Origin: an uncultured Planctomycetota bacterium
GTDB taxonomy: Bacteria > Planctomycetota > Phycisphaerae > Tepidisphaerales > Tepidisphaeraceae
Direction of reading: 5' to 3'
Length of the DNA: 64,000 nucleotides
NCBI GenBank assembly: GCA_963841915.1
Contig: CAWJEN010000006.1
Span: forward strand, 320,001 to 384,000
Shown: piece after piece, positions 29,340 through 40,700 of the stretch
How positions within the stretch are numbered: position 1 is the first letter of the stretch
How the letters are laid out: every line of letters starts with the position of its first letter
Notes under the pieces: generated by a model
What the model was told of the DNA's origin: nothing
Seen by the model: the letters and a program-made list of their open reading frames with translations, nothing else
The model's database searches: none
Program-made: the position numbers and the translations under genes

Positions 29340-30755
29340 TCACTCACCAAAGTACTGCCGGGCTGACGGCTGCATCGCCGTGGGGGGCAGGTTTCTCTCT
29401 TTCAGCGCCTCGACGCTGTCGGCAAAGAGCGGGCTGATCTCGATCACCGCGTCCGGCTCGCCGTGCGGGTCACGCGGGACCTCAACGCCGCACGCCTTGA
29501 GCCATTTGGCTGCACGTCGCACCTGATCGCGACGGCTCGTCGCCGGACTGTCATTGCCGGCGGCGTTCTTGACCGGGCTGAACTCTTCGCCGCGGTCGGT
29601 CTCGTAAACAATCGGGTTGCTCGCCAGCGGGATCGCGTCGAAGACGAACTGCTCGAGCTTCACGCCGTTGGGTGACGACGGCTCAGGCTCGCCCATGTGC
29701 GGCACCTTCTTGTCGGCTCGGTGCCAAGGCAGCGACAAGTCACTGCCGCTCGTCAGCCGATCAATGAAGTCGACGCTGATGACGTGAATCGCGATCGAGC
29801 CGGCGTTGTACTTAAGATTGCCCTCAGTATCGGTCTGCTCGGCCACCTCGTCGGGCAGGTCGCTGTACTCGATCACCATGAGCTTGCCGTCCCCGACGGC
29901 AAAGTTGCCAACCTTCTCCTTGGCAGCGGCCTTGGGCAGTGACTTGCTGCTCATCTCGCTCCCGAAGTTTGCGTGCAACCCGATGAACAGCGGGTCGAGC
30001 ACGCGGACGAGCGGGTTGTCGACCTGGAAGTAGCTCAAATGCTCGATGCCACGCTGCTTCATGTCGGCCAGTGCGCCGGTCTTCTGCAGCGCCCGCAAGC
30101 TTCCGCCGTGACCGTCGGCACTAAGGGCCAGCGAGTCCTTTTCAGCGAGCAAGAGCTTTCCGTCGGTGCCGAAGGCAGGCATCATGCCTTGCGTAAAGAA
30201 CGTGACGTTGGCCTTATCGAGGCCGAAGTAGTCGCGCTTTTCGAAGAACGTGCGGGTCGCTTCGTCGTTGACCTCGCTCGTCATGATGTACCACGGGACG
30301 GCCTTGCCGTGCCGCTCACCGGCCGCCTGGATCTGCTCGGCAAAGGTCTGGAAGAGCGGCTTGTCCTTGACGGGCGTGACGGGGAACTCACCCTTGGGCC
30401 CGTCGTAGCCGAGCCTTGTGCCTTGGCCGCCTGCGACGAGGAAGGCAGCGACCTTGCCCGCGTCTAGAAGTTCACGCCCCTTCTTTGCCGCCGCTTCGTA
30501 CAACTCGACACGACCGGCGTCGGCCATGTGAGGCAACACGTTGGGCGGCGACATCTCGGCCGGCAGCTCAGCGTCGGGCTTCTGCTTCACGTGCGACTCG
30601 GCCAGCTTCGACAACTCGTCGAGATCCAGCGCGTCGATCTGCCCCGCAAGCTTGGCCTGCCCGGCGTCGTCAAGCTCGTCCCAGTACTGCAGCAGGTGCT
30701 CCTGCCCGTGGGCGGCGAGGCTGCTTTTCAGGTCGTCGTAACTCGGCGTGCTCAT
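29340..30755 (-). CDS. UDPGP-family nucleotidyltransferase (UAP-type UDP-GlcNAc pyrophosphorylase-like)
   Basis: AGGQGTRLGYDGPKG, DGHGG, QVDNPL, IEYSDL, KLEQFVFD and EFSPVKN. Confidence 0.88.
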   Translation of the reverse strand: MSTPSYDDLKSSLAAHGQEHLLQYWDELDDAGQAKLAGQIDALDLDELSKLAESHVKQKPDAELPAEMSPPNVLPHMADAGRVELYEAAAKKGRELLDAGKVAAFLVAGGQGTRLGYDGPKGEFPVTPVKDKPLFQTFAEQIQAAGERHGKAVPWYIMTSEVNDEATRTFFEKRDYFGLDKANVTFFTQGMMPAFGTDGKLLLAEKDSLALSADGHGGSLRALQKTGALADMKQRGIEHLSYFQVDNPLVRVLDPLFIGLHANFGSEMSSKSLPKAAAKEKVGNFAVGDGKLMVIEYSDLPDEVAEQTDTEGNLKYNAGSIAIHVISVDFIDRLTSGSDLSLPWHRADKKVPHMGEPEPSSPNGVKLEQFVFDAIPLASNPIVYETDRGEEFSPVKNAAGNDSPATSRRDQVRRAAKWLKACGVEVPRDPHGEPDAVIEISPLFADSVEALKERNLPPTAMQPSARQYFGE

Positions 30756-30795
30756 GGGCCGACACGCTATGAGGTCCGTTGATCCCACGCAATGC

Positions 30796-32547
30796 TCACG
30801 CCATCCGCGGCACCGCCGCCAGCAGCTTTTTCGTGTACTCGTCCTGCGGGTCGTTCACGATCTGCTCTGTCGGCCCACGCTCGGCGATCTTGCCCTTGTA
30901 CATCACCAGCGTCTCGTCGGCGAGGTACTCTACCACGCCCAGGTTGTGCGTGATGAACAGGTACGTCAGCCCGAGCTGATCGCGCAGGTCCAGCAAGAGC
31001 TGCAACAGCTTGGCCTGCACGCTGACGTCGAGTGCGCTCGTCACCTCGTCACAGACAATGAACCGCGGGTTCGGCACGAGCGCCCGCGCGATGCCGATCC
31101 GCTGCCGCTGGCCACCGGAGAACTCGTGCGGGTAGCGCCGCAGCATGTCGGGCTCGAGCTCGACCCGTTTCATGAGGTCAGCGGCGAGGTCACGCTGCTC
31201 GGACTTGTTGCTGCCGATCTTGTGGACGTTCATGATCTCCTGCAGCATGCCGCCGATCGTCATGCGCGGGTTCAGCGCTGAATACGGGTCTTGAAAAACG
31301 ATCTGCATGTCCCGCCGCATCGACCGCAGCTCCCCGCCCGGCATGCCGACGAGTTCTCGACCTTCGAAGGACACCTCGCCACCTGTCGGCTCGACCAGCC
31401 GCAGGATCGCCCGGCCCAGCGTCGTCTTGCCGCTGCCCGACTCGCCAACGACCGCCAGAATTTGCTTACGCGGCAGATCGAAGCTTACGCCGTCGACGGC
31501 TTTAACGTGGTCGACCACACGCGAGAACAACCCCTTTCGCACCGGGAAGTGCACCTCCAGGTTGCGCACGCTCAGCACGTTCTCTGGTACGTCCTTGACG
31601 GCATGCTCGACGTGCACATGCTCGCTGGCATCTTGCTCCTGGACCACCTTCGCCGCCGCCCGCTGCTCGTCGCGACGCTTTTTCAGGTTCCGCGGCAGCG
31701 CGTCCAGCAACTCCCGCGTGTACGGGTGCTCTGCCTTGCGAAGCACTTCGTCCTTTGTGCCCTGCTCCACGACCTTGCCGTACCGCATAACCGCCACGTG
31801 CTGGGCGATCTCTGCGACGACGTCGAAGTCGTGCGTGATGAAGAGCACGCTCATGCCCTTGCGATCCTGGAGCTCGCGAATGAGCCGCAAGATCTCCGCC
31901 TGAATCGTCACGTCTAGGGCCGTCGTCGGCTCGTCGGCGATGAGCAGCTCCGGCTCACACGCCATCGCCATGGCGATCATCACGCGTTGCCGCATACCGC
32001 CGGAGAAGCGGTGCGGGTATTCGTCGACGGTGCTCTTGGCATCGCGGATCTGGACCTGCTCGAGCAGCTCGATGGTGCGGTCGCGTGCCTCGCGGCTGTT
32101 CATGTCGAGGTGCAGGCGAAGCACTTCTCCGATCTGGTCGCCGATCGTGTAGACCGGGTTGAGCGAGGTCATCGGCTCCTGGAAGATCATGCCGATCCGC
32201 CTGCCGCGGATAGACCGCATCTGCCGCTCGTTGGTTTGCATGAGGTCAACGGGTGCCGCCCCGCCTTCCCCGCGGAGCAGAATCTGCCCACCCGCATAAA
32301 ACCCCGGCGGCTGCGGCACGAGCTGCATGACGCTCAGCGCACTGATCGACTTACCGCTGCCCGACTCGCCGACGCAGCAGAAGGTCTCGCCCGGCTTGAT
32401 GTCGAACGAAACCCCATCGACCGCCTTGAGCGCATCCGCGGGCTTCTTGACGTCCCCAAAGTAGGTCCGCAGGTTCCGCACGGAGAGCAAAGGCCCTTCA
32501 GGCGCAGCGACAGCGGGCGACGTTACAGGCTCGGCCAGGACAGTCAT
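30796..32547 (-). CDS. Peptide/nickel-type ABC transporter ATP-binding protein with two fused ATPase domains
   Basis: Two GESGSGK Walker A motifs; FSGGMRQR and FSGGQRQR signatures. Confidence 0.93.
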   Translation of the reverse strand: MTVLAEPVTSPAVAAPEGPLLSVRNLRTYFGDVKKPADALKAVDGVSFDIKPGETFCCVGESGSGKSISALSVMQLVPQPPGFYAGGQILLRGEGGAAPVDLMQTNERQMRSIRGRRIGMIFQEPMTSLNPVYTIGDQIGEVLRLHLDMNSREARDRTIELLEQVQIRDAKSTVDEYPHRFSGGMRQRVMIAMAMACEPELLIADEPTTALDVTIQAEILRLIRELQDRKGMSVLFITHDFDVVAEIAQHVAVMRYGKVVEQGTKDEVLRKAEHPYTRELLDALPRNLKKRRDEQRAAAKVVQEQDASEHVHVEHAVKDVPENVLSVRNLEVHFPVRKGLFSRVVDHVKAVDGVSFDLPRKQILAVVGESGSGKTTLGRAILRLVEPTGGEVSFEGRELVGMPGGELRSMRRDMQIVFQDPYSALNPRMTIGGMLQEIMNVHKIGSNKSEQRDLAADLMKRVELEPDMLRRYPHEFSGGQRQRIGIARALVPNPRFIVCDEVTSALDVSVQAKLLQLLLDLRDQLGLTYLFITHNLGVVEYLADETLVMYKGKIAERGPTEQIVNDPQDEYTKKLLAAVPRMA

Positions 32548-32841
32548 GGGTGTCAGCTTAGGACAAACGACGCCTGATGCCTCACTGGCTGGTCAATACC
32601 TCGTCTGACGTCGCGCCGATTGCCACGTCGATCTGGATCGAGCCTCGGCGACCCGGCCGGCGGCAAAGCATCACCCCAGGACCTCTGCCGAGAGAAGCGC
32701 GAAAGAGCGAAGGTCTGAGGAAGGGGCGTTACATCACGACGCTTCGCCCGCCGACAGGCGAGGCGATGCGGGTGAAGAGGTTCGCAGAGGCTTCGGATGA
32801 TTGCCGGCTGCGTGACGGAACCCATTCGTTACACTGCGGCT

Positions 32842-34787
32842 GTGACAATTTCAGACGTCCGGCCGAACAGTGGCTGGCTGGGCCGATACCGCATCGTCGC
32901 TTGGACCGCGTTGGTGCTCCTGGCCGCACAGTTGATCCTGCGGTGCTTGCTTCTGCTTCGGTTTGCAGACACGACGGCACCGGGCGATGTGGTCCGGGCG
33001 ATGCTCGCCGGTTTGAGGTTTGACCTGCTGGTGACCGGGATTGTCGTATTGCCGCAGGTGCTGCACATGACGCTCCAGGGCGACGAGCGGGTGCGCGGGC
33101 GGCTGAGTCGCGTGTTGATTCACGTCGGGCTCGTTGTGTCGTTCGCGGTGCTGCTGTTCGTGATGGCCTCGGAGTACCTGTTTTTCGAGGAGTTCAGCTC
33201 GCGGCTCAACTACATCGCGTTCGAGTACCTCGTTTATCCGACGGAGGTGGCGACGAACATTTGGGAAAGTTTCCCGGTCGTACCGATCCTGCTGGCGGTC
33301 ACGATGGTGGCGGTGGCGATCTACTGGCCAATGCGGCCGATGATCCGGCGGGCGCTGGCCGTTGACGTGCCGGCCCGGCGCCGGTGGTCGGTCCTGGCAA
33401 TCTGGTTAGCGGGCATCGTGCTGCTCTGGACGACGACGACGCGGGCCACCATGAAGGTCGGCGAGGACCGCGTGGTCAACGAAATCGCCGGCAACGGGCT
33501 GTGGACGTTCGTCGAGAACGCGTGGACCAGCCGGTTCGACTACGACGCGTTCTACCCGACGCTGCCCGCGGCAGAGGCTGAGGCCATCGCCGCCGCCGAG
33601 GTGTTTCGTCCGGGCGAGGTACCTGCGGCGAATCCGGTCAATGTGCTCGACCGCATCGTCGACCCCGGCCGTCCCGCCAACGCCTACAACGTCATTGTCG
33701 TCCTTGAAGAAAGTCTCGGCTCCGACTTCATCGGCGTCCTCGGCGACGACCGCGGCCTGACGCCCAACCTCGACCGTCTCTCCGACGACGCCCTGCTGTT
33801 CGACAACTTCTACGCGACCGGCAACCGGACCGCGCGGCGCTCGAAGCCGTGATGACCGGCCTGCCGCCGATCCCGACGGAGTCGATTCTCAAGCGCGATC
33901 ACTCGACGAACGTCGAAAGCCTCGCCCGCATACTCAGCGAGCGCGACTACGCCACCACCTTCGTCTACGGCGGACGCGGCGTGTTCGACGGCATGCGCTC
34001 ATTCATGCTCGCAAACGGGTTTCAGAGGTTTGTGGAGCAGGCCGACTTCGAGAATCCCGGCTTCACCAACGCGTGGGGCGTCGACGATGAAGCCATATTC
34101 GACAAGGCGCTGCGGGAGTGTGACGACCGCCACGCCGACGGCCGGCCGTTCTTTACAACGATTTTGACGGTCTCGAACCACCGCCCGTACACCTACCCCG
34201 ACGGCCATATCGACCGGGCGAGCAGCGATCAGAAACGCGACAACGCGGTGAAGTACGCCGCCTACGCGGTCGGCCGCTTCTTCGAGAAGCTCAAGCAAAA
34301 GCCGTACTTCAACGACACGATGGTCGTGGTGCTGGGCGATCACGGGGCACGCGTGTACGGGGCTCAGCAGTTTCCCATTGAGAGTTATCGCGTGCCGGTG
34401 TGGCTGTTCCTGCCGAACCGGGAACAGGCCGGGGAGCGCAACAGCATCATGTCGTGCGCCCTCGACATCGCGCCGACGCTCCTGGGCCAACTCGGCGGCA
34501 CGTACCGCACCACCATGTTCGGCCGCGACGCCACGAGCGTTTCGCCCACGGAAGGTCGCGCGCTCATGCAGCACAACCACGAGTTGGCGTTGCTACGGCA
34601 CGACGGCCGCATGACGGTGCTGTCGCTCGCAGAAGCACCTGCGACCTACACGGTCGACGAAGTCACACGCGAAACCGAATCAGCGCCCATTGACCCGGCT
34701 GATGAACATACTGCGACGGCCATTTTCCAACTCGCCAACAGGCTCTATTACGACGACGACTATCGACACGGCGTCGACGTTCCGTAG
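32842..34787 (+). pseudogene. LTA synthase family / sulfatase-like membrane protein split by a 1-bp frameshift near 33836 (real lesion or sequencing error)
   Basis: About 5 TM helices, then VVLEESLG, TGNRT, SNHRPY and GDHG across two ORFs. Adding one G restores TGNRTARALEAVMTGLPP. Confidence 0.8.
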
Positions 34788-34898
34788 AGCCATCGAACGC
34801 AGATTGAGGCGGTAAGTCTTTGTCCAAACAACAATGAGCAAGGAACGACGTGGGCGCGGCACCGATGTTGCCGGTACCTTTCGGCTTGGTTGAACAAA

Positions 34899-36413
34899 AT
34901 GACAAGACTGGCGATGCCGTTGGAAGATTCGCCTGCCACATTTCAATGGCTTTGGACCTGGATTGTGTCGCCGTCGCTTCGGGTCGGCTTGTTGGTGGTG
35001 CTTCTGGCGTTTGCGTTTCAGGGGACGCAAGGTCTGTGGGAGCCCGACGAGGGTCGTTACACGGCCGTCGCCTCAGAGATGCTGCGGACAGGTGACTGGA
35101 TTCACCCGCAGCTCAACGACTGGACGCCGCACGACACGAAGCCGCCCTTGACGTATTGGCTGCTTTCGTCGAGCTTCGCAATCCTGGGCCGCAACGAGTG
35201 GGCGGCGCGGCTTCCGGGAGCGGCGGCGTTTGCGGGAACAGCCCTGCTCATGTGGCCGCTCGCCCGACGTCTGCTCGGCGACTCGGCGGACGCTGCTCGA
35301 CGCGTTCTCTATGCGCCGCTGCTCTACGCCACGACGGCAGGACCGTTCGTCGCTTCCAATGTCGTCTCGACGGACGGCATCCTGACGTTCTTCGAAACGG
35401 TCGCTTTGACCGGCTTTGTCGCCCATGAATTCAAGCCGTCTCACCGGGGGCCAAAGGCCCTTGGCTTGATGTGGTTCGGCTTCGCATTGGCGTTCCAGAC
35501 CAAGGGGCCACCCGGCTTGTTGCCGCTGTTGGCCATTCTGGTGTTCGTGCTGCGCGTACACGGCTGGCGAAGCGTGATGCGATTGTTCTGGCTGCCCGGC
35601 TTGGCGCTCTTTGCAGTGCTGGGCTTGGGATGGTTTGCCGTCATCTGCTGGCAGCAACCGAACATGCTCGGGTACTTCGTCGGCTACGAGTTCATTGACC
35701 GCATCGCCACCGGCACGCACGGCCGGCACGCTGCCTGGTCTTACGCCCTTACGATTTATGTTCCCGCACTTCTTGGTGGGTCGCTGCCGTGGGTGCCCGT
35801 CGCTTTAGTCCGCGTTCTGTGGCGGCGACGCGTTCATGGGCCAAGGGCGTGGTCGCCGGCCTCGAAATTCCTGCTGTTGTGGATTACGATTCCGCTGGCG
35901 GTGTTTCTTGTCTCAAAATCTCGAATGTATCTGTACGTGCTGCCGCTGATGGTGCCGTTGGTGCTGGTGGCGGTCCTGCATTGGCCTCACGCGGCGTTGT
36001 CGCTTCGGCGGGAACGGTGGTTTGCGACCGGCTGGGTCGTGGTTCTTCTTTCGTTTCGGTTAGGGCTTGGTCTGCTCAACGACACAAAGGACTCGTCGCG
36101 TCTGGCCGAAGCCTTGCCGCCGTTACCTTCCGATGTGGGTGCCGTGCTGGTGATCGACGACAAATGGCGGTACGGACTGGCGGTGCCGCTGCGACGGCAG
36201 ATCCGCCTGGTGTCGCCGGATTTGTCGTCGTCCGAAGAGCCGACGCTGGACGAGGCGTTGAGCGACTGCCGAAAGTCGCAGATCCGGGCGGCAGTGCTCA
36301 TTGGTCGGCGGGGTGAACTTCCCGCAGCCCGATCCGTCGCCGACGACGCGATAACTCCTTATGCCGACATCGACGGGTGGAAGGTGTACCTCACCGACTC
36401 CTTGACAAAGTGA
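34899..36413 (+). CDS. ArnT/PMT-like (GT-C fold) glycosyltransferase
   Basis: LWEPDEGRY, KPPLTYW, EWAARLP, TKGP and YVLP; polytopic. Confidence 0.88.
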   Translation: MTRLAMPLEDSPATFQWLWTWIVSPSLRVGLLVVLLAFAFQGTQGLWEPDEGRYTAVASEMLRTGDWIHPQLNDWTPHDTKPPLTYWLLSSSFAILGRNEWAARLPGAAAFAGTALLMWPLARRLLGDSADAARRVLYAPLLYATTAGPFVASNVVSTDGILTFFETVALTGFVAHEFKPSHRGPKALGLMWFGFALAFQTKGPPGLLPLLAILVFVLRVHGWRSVMRLFWLPGLALFAVLGLGWFAVICWQQPNMLGYFVGYEFIDRIATGTHGRHAAWSYALTIYVPALLGGSLPWVPVALVRVLWRRRVHGPRAWSPASKFLLLWITIPLAVFLVSKSRMYLYVLPLMVPLVLVAVLHWPHAALSLRRERWFATGWVVVLLSFRLGLGLLNDTKDSSRLAEALPPLPSDVGAVLVIDDKWRYGLAVPLRRQIRLVSPDLSSSEEPTLDEALSDCRKSQIRAAVLIGRRGELPAARSVADDAITPYADIDGWKVYLTDSLTK

Positions 36414-36508
36414 CAGCAAAGCCACGTTGTTTAGCGGGTTACGCCGGAAGCGTCGGAGACGCTAACGGTGCTGCTTGCCCTGTCACGGCAGATAGCGACG
36501 ATGACATC

Positions 36509-37735
36509 GTGTTCCGCCGCTTGAACGAGTCCGAGCCGATCCCGCGAACGGTCCTGCTGATCGTCGTGGGTCTTGCGATCGCGTTGCGGGTCGGGTGGTC
36601 GATCGCGATGCCGACGTCACTGGAGGCGTTGCCGGATCAGCAGGAGTACGTGGCCCTGGCCGAGTCGGTGCTGGACGGGCGCGGGTTCGCATTGACAGAC
36701 GAGCGGTACGCGGTGCCGCAGACGCTGCTAGCCCAGCGAATGCCGGGGTATGCGGCGTTCGTTGCGGCCTTAGGGGCAAGTCCGACGCTCGTGCGGATCG
36801 CCCAGGCCTTGATCGAAGCGTCGACGGTGCTGGCGACGATGTTGCTCACGCGGCAACTGGTGGGCGGACGCTGCCTGCCGATCCTGGCGGGCGCGGGCGT
36901 GGCGTTGCACCCGTATCTGGCTTATTTCTCGACACTCGTCCTGACCGAGACACTCTTCACCGCCCTGCTGACGTGGGCCATGTGGGCGCTGGTGCGTTCA
37001 CGGGACGACGGCAAGTGGTGGTGGTTGGCGGCGGTGCTCATGCTGACGGCGACGTACCTGCGGCCTTCGGGGGCAGCGTTGTGGCTGACGATGGCGTTGG
37101 CGGCCGCCGTGCTGCCGACGCGGGTGAAGCTGCCGATCGGGCCGATGGCGACGGCGATGGCTGTGTTGCTGGTCGGGCTGTCGCCGTGGATCGTCAGGAA
37201 CGCGCTCGTGCTGGAGGCATGGGTTCCGACGACCACCAACAGCGGCATCACGCTCTACGACGGCTGGAATGCCGACAACACCACCGGCGGCAGCGACCAG
37301 GCGTTCGTGCCGCTGATGCCCGAACTGTCGCTGATGAGCGAAGTCGAGCGGAACAATCACCTGCGGGACAAGGCGGTCGAGGCGATGCGGCGTGATCCGT
37401 GGCGGACGGTCGAGCTGGCGGTGAAGAAGGTCGGGCGAACGTGGTCACCGGTGCCGCTCAGCGAGCCGCGGCTGCTCGTGCGGGTCGTCGGTGGCGTCTT
37501 CGTCGGGTCATTGTTCGTGCTCGCCTTGATTGGCCTGATGCGTGGTCCGGGCGGGTGGCGGATGAAGGTGCTTCTGCTGACGCCGATCGTGACGCTGACG
37601 CTCCTGCATGCCGCCAGCGTCGGGTCGATGCGGTACCGACTGCCGATCGACCCGTTGTTGTGCGTGCTGGCGACAGGTGGATTGGCGGTGCTGACAACCC
37701 GCAGCGCCTCGGCTTCGTATGAATCCTCGACTTGA
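36509..37735 (+). CDS. GT-C fold (family 39-like) membrane glycosyltransferase
   Basis: DQQEY, RMPGY, LTETLF, LRP, PWIVRN and RYRLP; polytopic. Start uncertain. Confidence 0.78.
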   Translation: MFRRLNESEPIPRTVLLIVVGLAIALRVGWSIAMPTSLEALPDQQEYVALAESVLDGRGFALTDERYAVPQTLLAQRMPGYAAFVAALGASPTLVRIAQALIEASTVLATMLLTRQLVGGRCLPILAGAGVALHPYLAYFSTLVLTETLFTALLTWAMWALVRSRDDGKWWWLAAVLMLTATYLRPSGAALWLTMALAAAVLPTRVKLPIGPMATAMAVLLVGLSPWIVRNALVLEAWVPTTTNSGITLYDGWNADNTTGGSDQAFVPLMPELSLMSEVERNNHLRDKAVEAMRRDPWRTVELAVKKVGRTWSPVPLSEPRLLVRVVGGVFVGSLFVLALIGLMRGPGGWRMKVLLLTPIVTLTLLHAASVGSMRYRLPIDPLLCVLATGGLAVLTTRSASASYESST

Positions 37736-40700
37736 ACCTGCTCAACGTCCAACGCGGCCCGCGCGACCTGTTCACGGCAACGTGGCGGTCGTCGTGCCCC
37801 ATCAGGCCACGACGCGGCAGGCTTCGCAGGTTCGTCTGCCTCTCGCTGCTGGGCGTGCTGTTCTTCGCCAGCGTCGGCTACACCTACGCGACTGACGAAC
37901 AGCGCGTGCGACGACTGGCTCAGACGTACCTGGGCCGGTTGCTCGGTGCGGAGGTCACGGTGGGCGAGGCGTCGCTGGGACTGTTCGAGGGCTTGCGGCT
38001 CGGTGACGTAGAGCTTCGCACGCCGGCCGCTGCAGGGCTTGAAGACGAGGACCGCCTGCTCTTCACCGCACGCGGCGTCACGATTGATTACGACCCGTTT
38101 GCCTTGCTCGTCGGTCGGCTGACGGCAGACCGCATCGTCGCGGTCGACCCGCACGTGAGGCTTGTCGAGAATACGCGGAACGGAACGTGGAACGCCCAGA
38201 AACTCGGCATCGTGTCGCGGCCACGTAAGGAAGGCGCAGAGCCGTTCCGTCCGCCCGGCGAGTTGCCGGCGGTGGTGTTGAGGAACGCGCGGGTCGACGT
38301 GCTGCACCGCTCGTCGGGCGGACTGACCACGCAGGGCGGCTTCGGCATCGAGGCGAATTTGCGGCCCGACCTGTCGGTCGAGCACGACGGGGCCGAGTAC
38401 GCGTTCGACGTACAGACCCGCAACATGCTCGCACCCGACGGCAACGACCTGGGCGGACTCGGCCCACGTGCACGCGGCAAACTGAGCATCGGCGGAAGCG
38501 ACCGCTCGTTCGATGTGGCTGCAGAGCTGACCGATGCGGAGTTCAACGAGATTCTGGGGCTTCTTCCTGAACGCGTTGCCGACTGGGCGAGGCGGCGTGG
38601 ACTGACGGGCGAGATGAGCGTGCCGGTGCTGGCCTACGGGTACAACCCGTCGGCGCCGCGTGGCAAGCGGACGACGTTTAACGTTCGGGCCGACCTCACC
38701 GGCGGGTCGGCGACGGTGCTGCCCGATCTGTGGCTCGGTGCCGACGAGATGCAGCTGCGGACGAACGTGGCCGATTGGCTTGGCCAGGCGGCGACGCGAC
38801 TGATGGTGCAGCCGCGACTGGCGGCACGTTTCGCCACCGCGGCAGGTGAGTGGCAGCCAAAACCCATCTGCCTCGATGACGCCCGTGGCAGCGTCACCTT
38901 CACGCAGGCAGGTATCGGAGAGGCGATGCTGTCGGGCGAGCTTGAAGGTAACCGCATCATCCTCACCGCGCTCAGCGAGGGGTATGCCCGGGATGGCGAG
39001 ATCAAGTTACGCGTTCGCACACCCGAAGATGACCCGCTGCAATTGCCGGCAGTCGCGCCGTACCTGGCGTCGATGCCGCGGCAGGTTCGCGAGGTGTACG
39101 ACCGATTCCGCCCGCGGGGGACGGCCGAGTTCGACTTCACGATTGAGCGACCTGCTGGCGATCCGCGGATTCGCGCGACGGGCGAGGTGCGCGTGCTCGA
39201 CGGATCATTCGCCCTCGACCGGTTGCCCTACCGGCTCTACGACGGACGCGGCACGCTCGACATCGTGTTCGACGAGGCCACCGAACGGCACGAGCTTCGG
39301 ATTGAGCGGCTCACCGCACGCGGCAGACCCGGCAGCCCAAATGCCGACACGTACGTGCGGGTCGACGGCATCATCGGCCCGCTCGAACGTGCGCCGGGCT
39401 TCGACATCGCGGTGCTGGCCCGCGGCGTGCGCGAAGAGCCGGACTTGGTCCAAGCCCTGCCACCGCCGATCCGCAGGAGTGTGCGGCTGTTCGACCCGGA
39501 CTATCACGCGGTGAAGAAGCCGGGGCTGCCGGCACTCGATTTTCGCGGAGACTTGAACATTCGCGTCGTCCGTCCGCCGGGCCGTGACAAGCGGTGGACC
39601 TTCGACATTGGCGTGCGGGCGGCATCGTTCAGCGGCGCGTTCGAGGCCTTTGCCTACCCCATTCGCAACGCCACTGCGGAGTTGGAAGTGCGTGAGGACG
39701 GTCTGACGCTGACGCGCAGCAGGCTCGCAAATGCGGGTGGCGGGTCGGCGGGTGTGGCCGGTGAACTGACCTGGGGCAGCTCACTGGCGAGCGGGCTCGA
39801 CTACGACTTTACAATTGCCGGGAGTAACCTGCCGCTCGATGACGCACTTCGCGCAGCCCTTCCCGATGCGGCCCGCGAGGCAGTTCGACAGCTCGGCCTC
39901 GGCGGTCGCTCGGGCGTGACGGCCACTGTCCGCGGCAATACGCAGCAGCCACTGGGATACGACATTCAGCTCGACGTGACCGAGGGCTACGTCTGGCCCG
40001 ACGGTACGATGTTTGCCGTGCAGGACACACGTGGACGCGTTCGGTTGCAGCCGGGCCTCGTCACGCTGACCGACATCACAGCCACGCGCGACGGGGCCGA
40101 CGTCGCGATGAGCGGAACGATCGGGCTCGACGAGTCAGGCACGAGCGCCCTGAGCGTGACAGCCGCGAATGCCGCAGTCGATGCCGGCTTGTACGACCTG
40201 CTGCCCGTCGCGGCACGGGATGCGTGGGATTGGCTGCAACCCTCTGGCAGAGCCGATGCGGCAGTGACGTATCGAGGCCCGACGGCCGCGTTGTTGCCGC
40301 AAAGCGAAGAGGCCGAGGCGTTCGATCCTTCGGCGCTGGCGTACGACATTTCGCTCAAGCCCTTGGGCATGGAAGCAACACCGCTCGGCCTGCCTTACCC
40401 GTTCGGCGACATCCGCGGTGAGATTCGCATCACGCCCGGCAGCGTCAAGCTCGACGGTGTCACCGCTGGTCGCCGAGACGCTGACGAAGGAGTCGCTCCC
40501 ACGTTCCGGATCGACGGCACCGGTGACTTGTCTCGTATCGATGCACCGGCTGGTCTTTGGCGAGTCGGCGTCAAGGCCGGTGACCTGCCTGTCGACGACG
40601 CGCTCAAAGCGGCCTTGCCCAACGCGCTGCGTGAGGGTGTTGAAGCAATCGCTCTGGCCGGCGTCGTGTCGCTCGACATGCCGCGCCTGACGATCAAGAC

